The notes under the pieces: generated by a model
What the model saw: the letters and a program-made list of their open reading frames with translations, nothing else
Databases searched by the model: none
What the model was told of the DNA's origin: nothing
In this document: positions 27,562 through 37,961 of the stretch, in pieces
Position numbering within the stretch: position 1 is the stretch's first letter
How the letters are laid out: each line of letters opens with the position of its first letter
Position numbers and translations under genes: made by a program
Source: an uncultured bacterium
GTDB lineage: Bacteria; Chlamydiota; Chlamydiia; Chlamydiales; JAJFMA01
Length of the DNA: 64,000 nt
Assembly (NCBI GenBank): GCA_964436955.1
Contig: CAYTFC010000004.1
Span: forward strand, 5,872-69,871
Direction of reading: 5' to 3'

Positions 27562-30270
27562 ATGGAACCGAAAAAAATAAATACATGGTGGAATCAATCT
27601 CCTGAAGAAATTTGCCGCAATCTTAAAACAGATCTTCACCGAGGATTATCTAGAGAAGAAGCAGAGAAACGACTGCAAGAATTTGGGCCTAACCAACTGC
27701 CCGAACAAAAAAGGGTTTCTCCTCTTACATTGCTTATCAACCAATTCTCAAGTTTCATTGTTTGGACTTTAATAGCTGCAGCCTTTATCGCCGGCTTCTT
27801 AGGTGAATGGGTGGATGCGACAGCAATTGGTGTGATTGTCGTTCTTAACGGACTCCTTGGTTTTTTTCAAGAATTTCGAGCTGATAAATCTCTTGCTGCT
27901 TTGCGCAAGATGGCCACTCTAACTTCTAAAGTCATTCGAAACGGAGAATTGCAAACGCTCCCTTCTGAAAAAATTGTCCCCGGAGATCTCGTTTTGATTG
28001 AGGCAGGTGATCGAATTCCTGCAGATGGGAGAATCATTCAATCAATTGAGTTGTCAACACAGGAAGCAGCTTTAACCGGTGAGTCCATGCCGATTCATAA
28101 AATTGCAGACCCATTAGAGAAACCAGATCTTTCAGTTGGCGACAAGAAAAACATGGGATTTCTCGGAACGGTTGCTGTCAGTGGAAAAGGCTACATGATT
28201 GTCACAGAAACCGGCCTTCAAACAGAACTTGGCAAAATTGCTTCGCTTTTACAGGGGGGAAGAGAAGAACAGACACCTCTTCAAATTCGACTAGAAGAGT
28301 TGGGACATCGTTTAGTGTGGATTTGCTTGGGAGTCGTGGCTTTAGTTTTTGCATTAGGTTTCTTTCGAGGGCAACCCTTGGTTGAAAATCTCCTTATTTC
28401 CATCAGTCTTGCTGTTGCCGCCATTCCGGAAGGCCTTCCTGCTATTGTGACAATAGCCTTATCCATTGGCGTTCGTAAAATGGCAAAGCGCAATGCACTA
28501 GTTCGTAGGCTCCCCTCTGTTGAAACATTAGGATGTACGAGTGTTATTTGTACGGATAAAACAGGAACCCTAACGCAAAATGAAATGATGGTTAGATCGA
28601 TTTGGGTAAATGGTTCATTTGTGGATGTAATGGGAGTGGGATATAACCCTGAGGGTGATTTTAAAGTCAAAGACGCCAAAATTAATTTCCAGGATAATCC
28701 TGAGCTGATCATGGCTCTCAAAATCGGCACTCTATGCAACAGTGCGGAGCTGCATCAAAATCCTGAAAAAGGGTGGAGTATTGCTGGGGATCCAACGGAA
28801 GGGGCTCTTTTAACGGTGGCTGGAAAAGCCCAGCTTTTTAAACAAGATTTGGAGCAGAAGAACCCTATACTCGGTGAAATTCCTTTTGACTCTGAGAGAA
28901 AGAGAATGAGTATGGCAAGGCAAACAGACGAGGGCTCCATGCTTTTTACCAAAGGAGCTACTGACGTTATTCTAGCTCATACTGAGTTCATTCTTCTTAA
29001 TGGTAAGGTCGAACCTCTAACGGATGAGCGTAAAAAAAGTATTTTAGATGCAAATGCTTCTCTAGCAAGCCAGGCGCTTCGGGTACTCGCCGTAGGCTAT
29101 CGTCCTTTGCCACAAGAAGTAAAAATCGATCAATCGATTGAAGATCAACTTATTTTGGTTGGACTGATCGCTATGATGGATCCCCCAAGACCTGAAGTGA
29201 AGAAATCCATCGAAACCTGCAGAAATGCAGGGATCACCACTGTAATGATTACGGGCGATCATAAGGAAACAGCTGTTGCAGTGGCCAAGGAACTCAATTT
29301 GATGAAAGAGGGCGCCTTAGCCGTAACCGGGGCTGAACTCGAACAGATGGATGATCAACACTTAAAAGACAATGTGCGAAACATAGCCATCTATGCGCGC
29401 ACTTCTGCTGCCCATAAATTAAGGATTGTCCGTGCCTGGAAATCGCTTGGAGAAGTCGTTGCCATGACCGGAGATGGCGTCAATGATGCACCTGCTATCA
29501 AAGAAGCAGATATCGGTGTGGCCATGGGCATCACAGGGACAGATGTCACAAAAGAAGCTTCCGACATGGTGATTTTAGACGATAATTTTGCTTCCATTGT
29601 TAATGCCGTTGAGGAAGGACGTGGGATTTACGATAACATTATTAAATTTGTCAATTATCTCATGTCCTCAAATATTGCCGAATTGCTTGTTATTTTTATG
29701 GGTATGCTGCTTGGCTTTAGAGATCCATTAGGGAATCCTTTCGTTTCTCTTTCGGCTATTCAGCTTCTATGGTTGAATCTTGTCACAGATGGCTTTCCTG
29801 CAATTGCACTAGGGCTTGATCCTGTCGATCCAACTGCCATGAATCGTCCTCCAAGAAAATCTTCAGATTCCATTTTTCCTTTACGATTTGCCGTTCAATT
29901 ATTCCTGACAGGTTTTGTGATTGCGGCTGGAACTCTTGCCGCTTGTCATTTTGGTCTAAGCCAAAGTGCAGAACTGGCTCAAACAATGGCATTCACAACC
30001 TTGGTCGTATTAGAAATTGTCAGAGTCCAAATGGTGCGATCCCAATACCATATGAGTATTTTTTCGAATCCCTATATCATCTTAGCTTTGGCTAGTTCAC
30101 TTCTACTCCATCTACTTGTAGTTTACACTCCATTCCTACAAACAATCTTCGGAACAGTCCCTCTTAATTTAACCGAATGGGGTGTGATTTTGACAGTTGC
30201 CATTGTGGTATGGGTCATCAGCACTTTCATAAATTTTTTATTCAAAAAACCACAGTTACAAAAAAGTTAA
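27562..30270 (+). CDS. P2-type (SERCA/PacL-like) cation-transporting ATPase
   Basis: N-terminal Cation_ATPase_N pattern (GLSREEAEKRLQEFGPN), TGES, TM4 IPEGLP, ICTDKTGTLTQNEM and TGDGVNDAPAIK. There is no CPC motif. ATG 27562 has better SD spacing than 27556. Confidence 0.85.
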   Translation: MEPKKINTWWNQSPEEICRNLKTDLHRGLSREEAEKRLQEFGPNQLPEQKRVSPLTLLINQFSSFIVWTLIAAAFIAGFLGEWVDATAIGVIVVLNGLLGFFQEFRADKSLAALRKMATLTSKVIRNGELQTLPSEKIVPGDLVLIEAGDRIPADGRIIQSIELSTQEAALTGESMPIHKIADPLEKPDLSVGDKKNMGFLGTVAVSGKGYMIVTETGLQTELGKIASLLQGGREEQTPLQIRLEELGHRLVWICLGVVALVFALGFFRGQPLVENLLISISLAVAAIPEGLPAIVTIALSIGVRKMAKRNALVRRLPSVETLGCTSVICTDKTGTLTQNEMMVRSIWVNGSFVDVMGVGYNPEGDFKVKDAKINFQDNPELIMALKIGTLCNSAELHQNPEKGWSIAGDPTEGALLTVAGKAQLFKQDLEQKNPILGEIPFDSERKRMSMARQTDEGSMLFTKGATDVILAHTEFILLNGKVEPLTDERKKSILDANASLASQALRVLAVGYRPLPQEVKIDQSIEDQLILVGLIAMMDPPRPEVKKSIETCRNAGITTVMITGDHKETAVAVAKELNLMKEGALAVTGAELEQMDDQHLKDNVRNIAIYARTSAAHKLRIVRAWKSLGEVVAMTGDGVNDAPAIKEADIGVAMGITGTDVTKEASDMVILDDNFASIVNAVEEGRGIYDNIIKFVNYLMSSNIAELLVIFMGMLLGFRDPLGNPFVSLSAIQLLWLNLVTDGFPAIALGLDPVDPTAMNRPPRKSSDSIFPLRFAVQLFLTGFVIAAGTLAACHFGLSQSAELAQTMAFTTLVVLEIVRVQMVRSQYHMSIFSNPYIILALASSLLLHLLVVYTPFLQTIFGTVPLNLTEWGVILTVAIVVWVISTFINFLFKKPQLQKS

Positions 30271-30285
30271 TAGGAATAAGACATT

Positions 30286-32694
30286 ATGGAACAGTTTACA
30301 GCTCTAGAATCAACTTTGGATCAGGAAGAGCTTAAAGAATCTCTTACCCCCTTAGAAATAAATAAGATCGATGCTTATTGGAGAGCTGCAAACTATCTTT
30401 CTGTGGGGCAAATTTATCTGCTAGATAATCCGCTTCTTAAAAAACCTCTCTCACTTCAACATATTAAGAGAAGGCTTTTAGGACACTGGGGAACAACACC
30501 TGGGTTGAATTTTATTTATGCCCATCTCAACCGTCTAATCAAAGCCCATGATCTCAACATGCTCTTTTTGGCTGGTCCTGGGCATGGTGGACCAGGGGTT
30601 GTCGCTAATGTCTATCTTGAGGGCACGTACTCCGAATTCTATCCAAACATCTCTCAAGACGAAGAAGGAATGAAGAAGCTCTTCAAGCAATTTTCTTTTC
30701 CTGGGGGAATTCCTAGCCATGTCGCACCTGAAACACCCGGATCAATCAACGAAGGAGGAGAACTCGGATATGTACTCTCACATGCATATGGAGCAATATT
30801 TGATAATCCCGATCTCATCGCGTGCTGCGTAGTCGGAGATGGAGAAGCTGAAACTGGACCGCTCGCAACGAGCTGGCATTCTAATAAATTTATCAATCCC
30901 ATTCATGATGGTGCTGTACTCCCTATCCTCCATCTAAATGGCTTTAAAATTGCCAATCCTACAGTGCTTGCTCGGATTGATCGAGATGAATTAGAAGACC
31001 TCTTCCGTGGCTATGGTTATAATCCCTATTTTGTTGCCGGATCAGATCCCGAAACTATGCATAAGCTGATGGCGGCAACACTAGATATTGTGATTGCTGA
31101 AATTAAGGAAATTCAACAGCTCGCACGTGTAAAAAATATCAGCAAACGGCCTCGCTGGCCAATGATTATTCTGCAAACGCCGAAAGGGTGGACCGGTCTT
31201 AAAGAAATTGATGGAAAGCAAGTTGAAGGTTCCTGGCGCTCACATCAGGTCCCATTTACAGACTTTGCCACTAATCCAAGTCGATTAAAACTTCTAGAAG
31301 ATTGGATGAAAAGCTATCGACCAGAGGAACTCTTTGATGAACAAGGTAAGTTCAAGCCCGATCTGGCAGAGTTGGCTCCACATGGTACTCGTCGAATGGG
31401 ATCTAATCCACATGCCAATGGTGGAATTTTATTAAGAGATCTGCGCATGCCTAATTTCCGCGATTATGCTGTTTCAGTGACTAAGCCTGGAATCGTTGAA
31501 GGAGAAGCCACGCGTATCTTGGGTCGCTTTTTGCGTGATATTATGAAACTGAATATGGACAGTCGAAATTTCCGTGTGATGGGGCCTGATGAGACCGCTT
31601 CAAATCGACTAGAGGCCTTGTTTGAAGTTACTGGGCGTGCATTTGATGGAAAGATCTATTCCAGTGATGATGATTATCTTTCACCAGATGGAAGGGTCAT
31701 GGAAATGTTAAGCGAACATATGTGTCAAGGATGGCTTGAAGGTTATCTTTTGACGGGAAGACATGGTTTGTTCTCTTGCTACGAGGCTTTTATCCATATT
31801 ATCGATTCGATGTTCAATCAACATGCAAAATGGTTGAAGACAACACGACGTATCCCTTGGCGCCGGCCGATTGCTTCATTAAACTATCTTTTAACTTCAC
31901 ATGTGTGGCGTCAAGATCACAATGGATTTTCTCATCAAGACCCTGGATTTATCGACCATGTCGTGAATAAAAAAGCTGAAGTCATTCGAGTGTACCTACC
32001 ACCAGACACAAATACACTACTTTCAGTGGCTAATCACTGCCTAAAAAGCAAGAACTACGTCAATGTGATTGTCGCTGGAAAACAACCAGCCCTTCAATAT
32101 CTCACTATGGATGAAGCTGTTCAACATTGCTCTAAGGGTATTGGAATATGGAAATGGGCCAGCAATGACTTTGACAATGAACCTGATGTGGTCATGGCTT
32201 GTGCCGGTGACGTTCCTACCATGGAAACTTTAGCTGCTGTAGACTTGCTTCGACGTCATGTTCCTGATTTAAAAGTTCGTTTTATCAACGTCATCGATTT
32301 GATGGTCCTTCAGCCGCAAAGCGAACATCCCCATGGTCTTTCAGATCAAGAGTTCGACGAAATATTTACAACAGATAAACCGATTATTTTTGCTTTCCAT
32401 GGTTACCCTTGGCTAATTCATCGTCTTACATATAGAAGAGCAAACCACAAAAATCTTCATGTTAGGGGATATAAAGAGGAAGGGACAACGACTACACCTT
32501 TTGACATGGTCGTTCTCAATGATCTCGATCGCTTCCATTTATTTGTTGATACAGTGGAAAGAGTGCCGCGATTTTCCAAGAGGACTGCTTACATAAGAGA
32601 ATTGGCAGAAAGCAAATTACTGGAACACAAAAATTACATTCAAGAGTTTGGGGATGATCTTCCAGAAATTCGTGACTGGAAATGGCCTTATTAA
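30286..32694 (+). CDS. xfp: xylulose-5-P/fructose-6-P phosphoketolase
   Basis: 802 aa. Motifs characteristic of phosphoketolases: [30 protein letters not shown] and GDGEAETGP. Confidence 0.9.
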   Translation: MEQFTALESTLDQEELKESLTPLEINKIDAYWRAANYLSVGQIYLLDNPLLKKPLSLQHIKRRLLGHWGTTPGLNFIYAHLNRLIKAHDLNMLFLAGPGHGGPGVVANVYLEGTYSEFYPNISQDEEGMKKLFKQFSFPGGIPSHVAPETPGSINEGGELGYVLSHAYGAIFDNPDLIACCVVGDGEAETGPLATSWHSNKFINPIHDGAVLPILHLNGFKIANPTVLARIDRDELEDLFRGYGYNPYFVAGSDPETMHKLMAATLDIVIAEIKEIQQLARVKNISKRPRWPMIILQTPKGWTGLKEIDGKQVEGSWRSHQVPFTDFATNPSRLKLLEDWMKSYRPEELFDEQGKFKPDLAELAPHGTRRMGSNPHANGGILLRDLRMPNFRDYAVSVTKPGIVEGEATRILGRFLRDIMKLNMDSRNFRVMGPDETASNRLEALFEVTGRAFDGKIYSSDDDYLSPDGRVMEMLSEHMCQGWLEGYLLTGRHGLFSCYEAFIHIIDSMFNQHAKWLKTTRRIPWRRPIASLNYLLTSHVWRQDHNGFSHQDPGFIDHVVNKKAEVIRVYLPPDTNTLLSVANHCLKSKNYVNVIVAGKQPALQYLTMDEAVQHCSKGIGIWKWASNDFDNEPDVVMACAGDVPTMETLAAVDLLRRHVPDLKVRFINVIDLMVLQPQSEHPHGLSDQEFDEIFTTDKPIIFAFHGYPWLIHRLTYRRANHKNLHVRGYKEEGTTTTPFDMVVLNDLDRFHLFVDTVERVPRFSKRTAYIRELAESKLLEHKNYIQEFGDDLPEIRDWKWPY

Positions 32695-32705
32695 AGGAAA
32701 TATTA

Positions 32706-34097
32706 ATGACTAAATTACAAGTAATCGGAATAACAGCCCTCTCTCTTTTTATTTCTAGCTGTGCCCGTGTGCCGCATGGAAGTGAGGAGCAAGTGGTGGG
32801 CATCGTGCAAGAACGGATTGGAAAAGAAGTTCTCTGGAATCACTCTTGTTACGAGGATCCATGTATAAAAGCTTACATACAAGATCTAGTGTATCAAACG
32901 CTTACATCTGAGTCGGTTGTCCAAATTGCTCTTCTGAACAATCCCCAAATTCAAGCAACATTTGAAGAGCTTGGAATTGCTCAAGCAGATTTAGTTGAGG
33001 CTGGTCTTCTTTCCAATCCCGCTTTTGAAGTCGAGGTTCGCTATCCTCACGTAAAAAAATTAAGAACTAATATTGAATATCTTGTAACAGCGACATTCCT
33101 AGATATTTTCTTGGTGCCTCTTCGTACAAGATTGGCAACAGCAGAACTCGAACAGGCAAAACGCAGAGTTACCAATGAGATTTTAAATTTAGCCTTTGAG
33201 GTCAGACAAACTTATTATGAACTCTTAGCTGAACAGCAAAAGCTCAAATACACGAGATCTATTGTCGAATTGACAAGTATTCATGGTGAAATTGTTTCAA
33301 GACAAAACATAGTAGGAAATGTCAATCGTCTCGATTTTCAGCAAGTGCAGGCTAGATTGTTAGAAGCCAAACTGGAAATCGCCAAAGAACAAACTAAAAT
33401 TATTCGTCTTAGAGAGAAATTAAATAGACTCTTGGGTCTTAGCGAAGAAGTCTGCCTTCGTTTACCAGAAGAAATCCCAGAAGAGATCGATTACCAAGGG
33501 TTTGATCTTTGCGCCTTAGAATCGATTGCTTTAGAAGAAAGACTAGACCTACAAGAAGCACGATTTGAAGTCATTCGATTAAGTCGAATGCTTGGGCTAA
33601 AAGATTGGTGGACATTTACAAACCTAAAAGCTGGCCTTGCCGGTGAGCGCGATCCTGATGGATTAAACTTAGTGGGTTATGGAGTATCAGGAGAAATTCC
33701 AATTTTCAACTTTGGGCAAGCCGCCAGAATGCGCATTTTTGCTCAACTTAGACAAGCCCAAGATCGTTTTTTAGCCTTAGAAATACGCATTCTTTCCGAG
33801 GTAAGAGAAGCCCATAAACTTCTCATAAGCGATTTAGGAATGATCAATGATTATCGAGGGGGAATCATTCCTTTGCAAAGTAAAATCCTTAGTTCTTCAG
33901 AAGAATTATATAATGTAATGGGTCTTGGCGTTGATCGTCTTTTAGAAAACAAACGTCAGGAATTAGAAGCCTATCGAAACTATCTTGAAATTCTTAAAGA
34001 TTACTGGGTAGCACGAGTCCAGCTTGATAAAGCATTGGGAGGTTATTTATTTCGCTTATTATCTCAAGACGGTTGCATCGAAGGAGCTATAGAATGA
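32706..34097 (+). CDS. outer-membrane efflux lipoprotein (TolC/CusC-like)
   Basis: ATG 32706 gives MTKLQVIGITALSLFISSC (lipobox). The protein has OMF repeats, and ATGA overlaps the oxidase gene. Confidence 0.7.
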   Translation: MTKLQVIGITALSLFISSCARVPHGSEEQVVGIVQERIGKEVLWNHSCYEDPCIKAYIQDLVYQTLTSESVVQIALLNNPQIQATFEELGIAQADLVEAGLLSNPAFEVEVRYPHVKKLRTNIEYLVTATFLDIFLVPLRTRLATAELEQAKRRVTNEILNLAFEVRQTYYELLAEQQKLKYTRSIVELTSIHGEIVSRQNIVGNVNRLDFQQVQARLLEAKLEIAKEQTKIIRLREKLNRLLGLSEEVCLRLPEEIPEEIDYQGFDLCALESIALEERLDLQEARFEVIRLSRMLGLKDWWTFTNLKAGLAGERDPDGLNLVGYGVSGEIPIFNFGQAARMRIFAQLRQAQDRFLALEIRILSEVREAHKLLISDLGMINDYRGGIIPLQSKILSSSEELYNVMGLGVDRLLENKRQELEAYRNYLEILKDYWVARVQLDKALGGYLFRLLSQDGCIEGAIE

Positions 34098-35932
34098 AAA
34101 CTTGTTTTACCTTTTTAGGACTTTTTACCGCTTGCGCGCTTTATGGCCAAATGAATCATAACATGAGTTCGCCTAACTCTAAGATGGATCAATCTAACAA
34201 GCCTATTGAAGAAACAATGCAAGGAATGGACCAATCTCAAATGCAGAGTATGGATCATTCTAAGATGCAAAATATGCCTATGCAAGAGCACCAGCAAATG
34301 ATGCAGAAAAATCAAATGGATCAAATGGAGAGAAACGAACAAAACATCCAAAAAAGCCGAGAGGGTGCCAAAAATGAGGATCAGCCCACAAAAGGAATCT
34401 TAAGGTATCCATCTGTCATCACACCTAATGTGGGTTCTCTTCCATGGAAAATGGATGGCGATGTAAAGGTATTTCACCTTATTGCCGAACCAATTCGTAG
34501 GGAATTTGCTCCTGGCTTTTGGGTTAACTGTTGGGGTTATAATGGATCAACTCCAGGTCCTACTATTGAAGCTGTCGAAGGAGATCGAGTCAGAATCCTT
34601 GTAACAAATAAACTAAATGAGCCTACATCCGTTCATTGGCATGGAATTATTTTACCAAATGGTATGGATGGAGTCGCAGGTTTGAATCAAAAAGCCATTC
34701 CACCTGGGGACACCTTCAAATACGAATTTACTCTAAAGCAAAATGGTACATTTATGTATCACTCGCATTCGGATGAGATGACTCAAATTGCTTTTGGCAT
34801 GGAAGGTTTTTTCATTATCCATCCACGTAACGGCGATGATCCACCAATTGATCGTGATTTTGCAATCTTTTTACATGAATGGCGAGTTCCAATGGGAGCT
34901 AAAACACCCAATCCATTCGAAATGCTCGATTTTAATTTATTTACTTTCAATAGCGTTTTATATCCTACTACCGAGTCGTTAGTTGTTAAAACTGGTGATC
35001 GGGTACGCATTCGCTTTGGAAATGTCATGATGAACACTCACCCTATTCATATACACGGGCATGAGTTCTTAGTAACAAGAAAAGGAGGTAAAAGGCTTCC
35101 TCCTGCTGGACAATCTAGCGAAGTTACAGTGCTTGTTGCTCCAGGCGAAACAAGAGATATCGAATTCATTGCAGATAATCCTGGAGACTGGGCCCTGCAT
35201 TGCCATAAATCCCATCATGTCATGAATCAAATGCAACACGATCTTCCAAATTTAACAGGAATAAACAAGAAAGGGATCGAAGAGCGAATTAAACAATTTT
35301 TCCCAGACTTTATGGGCTTAATGAATATCAATGGAATGGGGGATATGTTTGAAATGTATGGATCTAAAGAGATGATGGACATGGGATTTGAAATGAAATA
35401 CCCATCAAATCTCTCACCAATCGGCAGTCCTGGCCCATTTGGTGTCATTGAAATGGGTGGCATGTTTACCATTTTCAAAGTTAGGGATAATTTAACCAGC
35501 TATGCTGATCCAGGTTGGTACCAGCATCCTCCAGGAACGGTCGCTGAATCTATTGACAATGGAAAAAATATGAACCAGATGAAACATCAAGATCATAATA
35601 TGAATACGATGAATCCTCTTGGAATGAAACAAAATATGGGATCAATGGATCATGATATGCAAAATATGAAAGGGATGCAAATGCAAAATTCACCCCACAA
35701 TATGAACACGGTCAGCTGGTTTAGTCAAGAAGAGGATCAAAAAGAACCGCATGGTCAAGAAAATACCAATTGGATGCAGAGTAAACCTGAAGACAGTATG
35801 GGCGGCCATATGGGTGGACATATGCCTGGTGGGCAGAAGAAAAATATGAGTCCGAATATGCAGGGGATGTCTCATGATATGGATATGCCCAACATGAATG
35901 AGAATCTAATGCAACAACACCAAGGACACTAA
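34094..35932 (+). CDS. multicopper oxidase (CopA/PcoA-like) with Met/His-rich tails at both ends
   Basis: SD aaggag precedes ATG 34094, and there is a signal peptide. Copper-ligand motifs: HWHG, HSH, HPIHIHGH and HCHKSHH. Long M/H/Q-rich tracts flank the core (MDQSQMQSMDHSKMQNMPMQ; GGHMGGHMPG..MSHDMDMPNM). Confidence 0.85.
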   Translation: MKTCFTFLGLFTACALYGQMNHNMSSPNSKMDQSNKPIEETMQGMDQSQMQSMDHSKMQNMPMQEHQQMMQKNQMDQMERNEQNIQKSREGAKNEDQPTKGILRYPSVITPNVGSLPWKMDGDVKVFHLIAEPIRREFAPGFWVNCWGYNGSTPGPTIEAVEGDRVRILVTNKLNEPTSVHWHGIILPNGMDGVAGLNQKAIPPGDTFKYEFTLKQNGTFMYHSHSDEMTQIAFGMEGFFIIHPRNGDDPPIDRDFAIFLHEWRVPMGAKTPNPFEMLDFNLFTFNSVLYPTTESLVVKTGDRVRIRFGNVMMNTHPIHIHGHEFLVTRKGGKRLPPAGQSSEVTVLVAPGETRDIEFIADNPGDWALHCHKSHHVMNQMQHDLPNLTGINKKGIEERIKQFFPDFMGLMNINGMGDMFEMYGSKEMMDMGFEMKYPSNLSPIGSPGPFGVIEMGGMFTIFKVRDNLTSYADPGWYQHPPGTVAESIDNGKNMNQMKHQDHNMNTMNPLGMKQNMGSMDHDMQNMKGMQMQNSPHNMNTVSWFSQEEDQKEPHGQENTNWMQSKPEDSMGGHMGGHMPGGQKKNMSPNMQGMSHDMDMPNMNENLMQQHQGH

Positions 35933-36517
35933 ATGAACAAGCAATTAATTTTGGGTTTATTGTGTATGTTGTGCTTTACAGTTCTTTTTGGCCATGAAGA
36001 GCATAAAAGTATGGAGGAGAGCAAAACTCCACAAGAAAGCATCACTCCCTCTTCAGGTCAACCGACTGTTAAGCATTTTGGTGGTAGGCCATTAACTTGG
36101 ACGCAATGGGTCGGAAGCTTTCATTTTATTTTTCTACACTTCCCTCTTGCTTTGATCGCAATGACTGCTATTTCTGAGTTTTTATTTACTTGGTTCCAAA
36201 GGCCTATTTTTGATTATTCCTCTCGATTTATGTTAATTGCAGCGGCTGTTTTTTCGGTTCCTACGGCTTTATTAGGACTAACTTATAGTTATACAGCCTC
36301 TTATAGTGGAATACTTGCTGATTTCATTTGGTGGCATATGTGGTTTGGAATAGCAACTGCTGTATTTGCAATCATTGTGGCTTTTCTTCGGGAACGATTA
36401 GGAAGAAGTAAGCTTTACTTTACAAGTCTTTTTCTCTTGTTCCTGTTGGTAAATATCACAGGATATCTCGGAGGAGGAATGACATTTGGGCCTTACCACA
36501 TGTATCCTCCTCTTTAA
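35933..36517 (+). CDS. membrane protein, DUF2231-like (4 TM)
   Basis: N-terminal signal, then HEEHKSMEE. FHFIFLHFPLALIAM is typical of DUF2231. It sits inside the copper cluster. Confidence 0.45.
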   Translation: MNKQLILGLLCMLCFTVLFGHEEHKSMEESKTPQESITPSSGQPTVKHFGGRPLTWTQWVGSFHFIFLHFPLALIAMTAISEFLFTWFQRPIFDYSSRFMLIAAAVFSVPTALLGLTYSYTASYSGILADFIWWHMWFGIATAVFAIIVAFLRERLGRSKLYFTSLFLLFLLVNITGYLGGGMTFGPYHMYPPL

Positions 36518-36539
36518 CCAAACCAAAATGGAGTGTTTT

Positions 36540-36920
36540 ATGGAAAATAAAGGAAATAACAAAGAAAACAATAAAGGATGCTGTTCAACACATGCTTCCT
36601 TTCCTCAAACAGATTCTAAAGAAATGCAAAAATTAATGGAATGCATGAGCGTTTGTGCTGCTTGTTCCAAAATGTGCATTGATCAAGGTCAAAAGAAAAC
36701 AGCAGCTTTATGCGCTGAATGTGCTGACGTATGTTCTCTAGCAATAAAAGCTCAAAGCAATCAGTCAGAATTTCAACATCAGATCATGGACCTTTGTGCA
36801 CAAATATGTCGAAAATGTGCAGAAGAATGCAAAAAAATGAAAGTTGACCACTGTCAAGAATGTGCAGAAGTTTGTACTCGCTGTGCTGAGTCTTGTTCAA
36901 CAGCTCATAGCCATCATTAA
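36540..36920 (+). CDS. Cys-rich four-helix-bundle copper-binding protein (DUF326-like)
   Basis: Repeated CxxxCxxC-type spacing (CMSVCAACSKMC, CAECADVC, CAQICRKCAEEC, CQECAEVCTRCAESC). The start is either 36540 (SD ggag) or 36528. Confidence 0.7.
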   Translation: MENKGNNKENNKGCCSTHASFPQTDSKEMQKLMECMSVCAACSKMCIDQGQKKTAALCAECADVCSLAIKAQSNQSEFQHQIMDLCAQICRKCAEECKKMKVDHCQECAEVCTRCAESCSTAHSHH

Positions 36921-36925
36921 TCCTC

Positions 36926-36961
36926 AAGAAAGCCTTAAGATATTTACCTTAAGGCTTTCTT
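36926..36961 (+). terminator. 14-bp stem hairpin after the copper cluster
   Basis: aagaaagccttaag (36926-36939) pairs with cttaaggctttctt (36948-36961) around an 8-nt loop. It lies 6 nt after the stop codon. Confidence 0.6.
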
Positions 36962-37005
36962 AGAAATAGCCAATAGGCAGTTTTAATATTTTATGGGAGA
37001 AATAA

Positions 37006-37551
37006 ATGGATAGTGAAACCATCGCCTACTTCTCAATGGAAATTGCTCTTGAGGAGGGAATTCCTACTTATAGCGGCGGTTTAGGCGTTTTAGCTGGAGA
37101 CATGCTGCGTTCTGCCGCTGATTTAAAACTGCCAATTGCCGCCGTCACACTCCTTTATCGTAAAGGGTATTTCTATCAAAAATTAAATTCCCAGGGAATC
37201 CAGAGCGAAAGGCCTGTGGAATGGGTGGTATCCGACTTTCTAGAAGAGCTTCCTCAACGCATAGAAGTAAGCGTTGAAGGTAGAAAAATTCAAGTGAGAG
37301 CCTGGCAATATAACATTACAAGCAAAGAAGGATATAGTATTCCTGTCTATTTATTGGATACCGACTTGCCTGAAAACAGTACCTGGGACAGAACTTTAAC
37401 CGATTTTCTCTATGGAGGCGATCAATATTATCGATTTTGCCAAGAGATCGTACTGGGGATTGGGGGCGTTAGGATCTTACGCTCTCTCGGCTATGATCAA
37501 ATTAGACGATTTCATATGAATGAAGGGCATGCAAGTCTCTTAACTCAGTGA
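37006..37551 (+). pseudogene. glgP: alpha-glucan (glycogen) phosphorylase, N-terminal ~180-aa fragment only
   Basis: [38 protein letters not shown] and [12 protein letters not shown] match the GT35 N-terminus. The ORF stops just after the NEGH motif, whereas full-length enzymes are several hundred residues longer. Confidence 0.7.
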
Positions 37552-37961
37552 CTAACGAAAAAAATCCACATAAAAACCGGCTCATTAAAGCTTCGCCACT
37601 TTTGGTCGATGAAATCACTCGTACAGCCTATACAAGACTTCAGAGTAACCATTTCTATACTTTCTTATGTTAGTCTCAGTATTCTTTTACAGTATTATGT
37701 CCCAGAAGTCAAATATTTATGAACGGTTTTCAAAATACTGAATTTTTTTGACGATATCCATCACAAAAAAGAACCATGATTCAATGATTACTGTGTTTGA
37801 GCTACTTAGGAAATCCGAGAAGGAGAAAAATGTTTCTCATTATAACGTAAAATTCAACTCCTCTGCTAAAGCCAGAAATATTTTTTTCCGTATACCCAGC
37901 TTTCTGGATGCCCAACCTTCCAATTGTTTGTTAGTCCAGATTCCTGGGAATTTTTAGCGGT

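Noticed and set aside
34115-34351. His/Leu-rich minus-strand ORF opposite the oxidase N-terminus
   Set aside because: It is the antisense artefact of the repetitive Met/Gln/His-coding tract of the multicopper oxidase.
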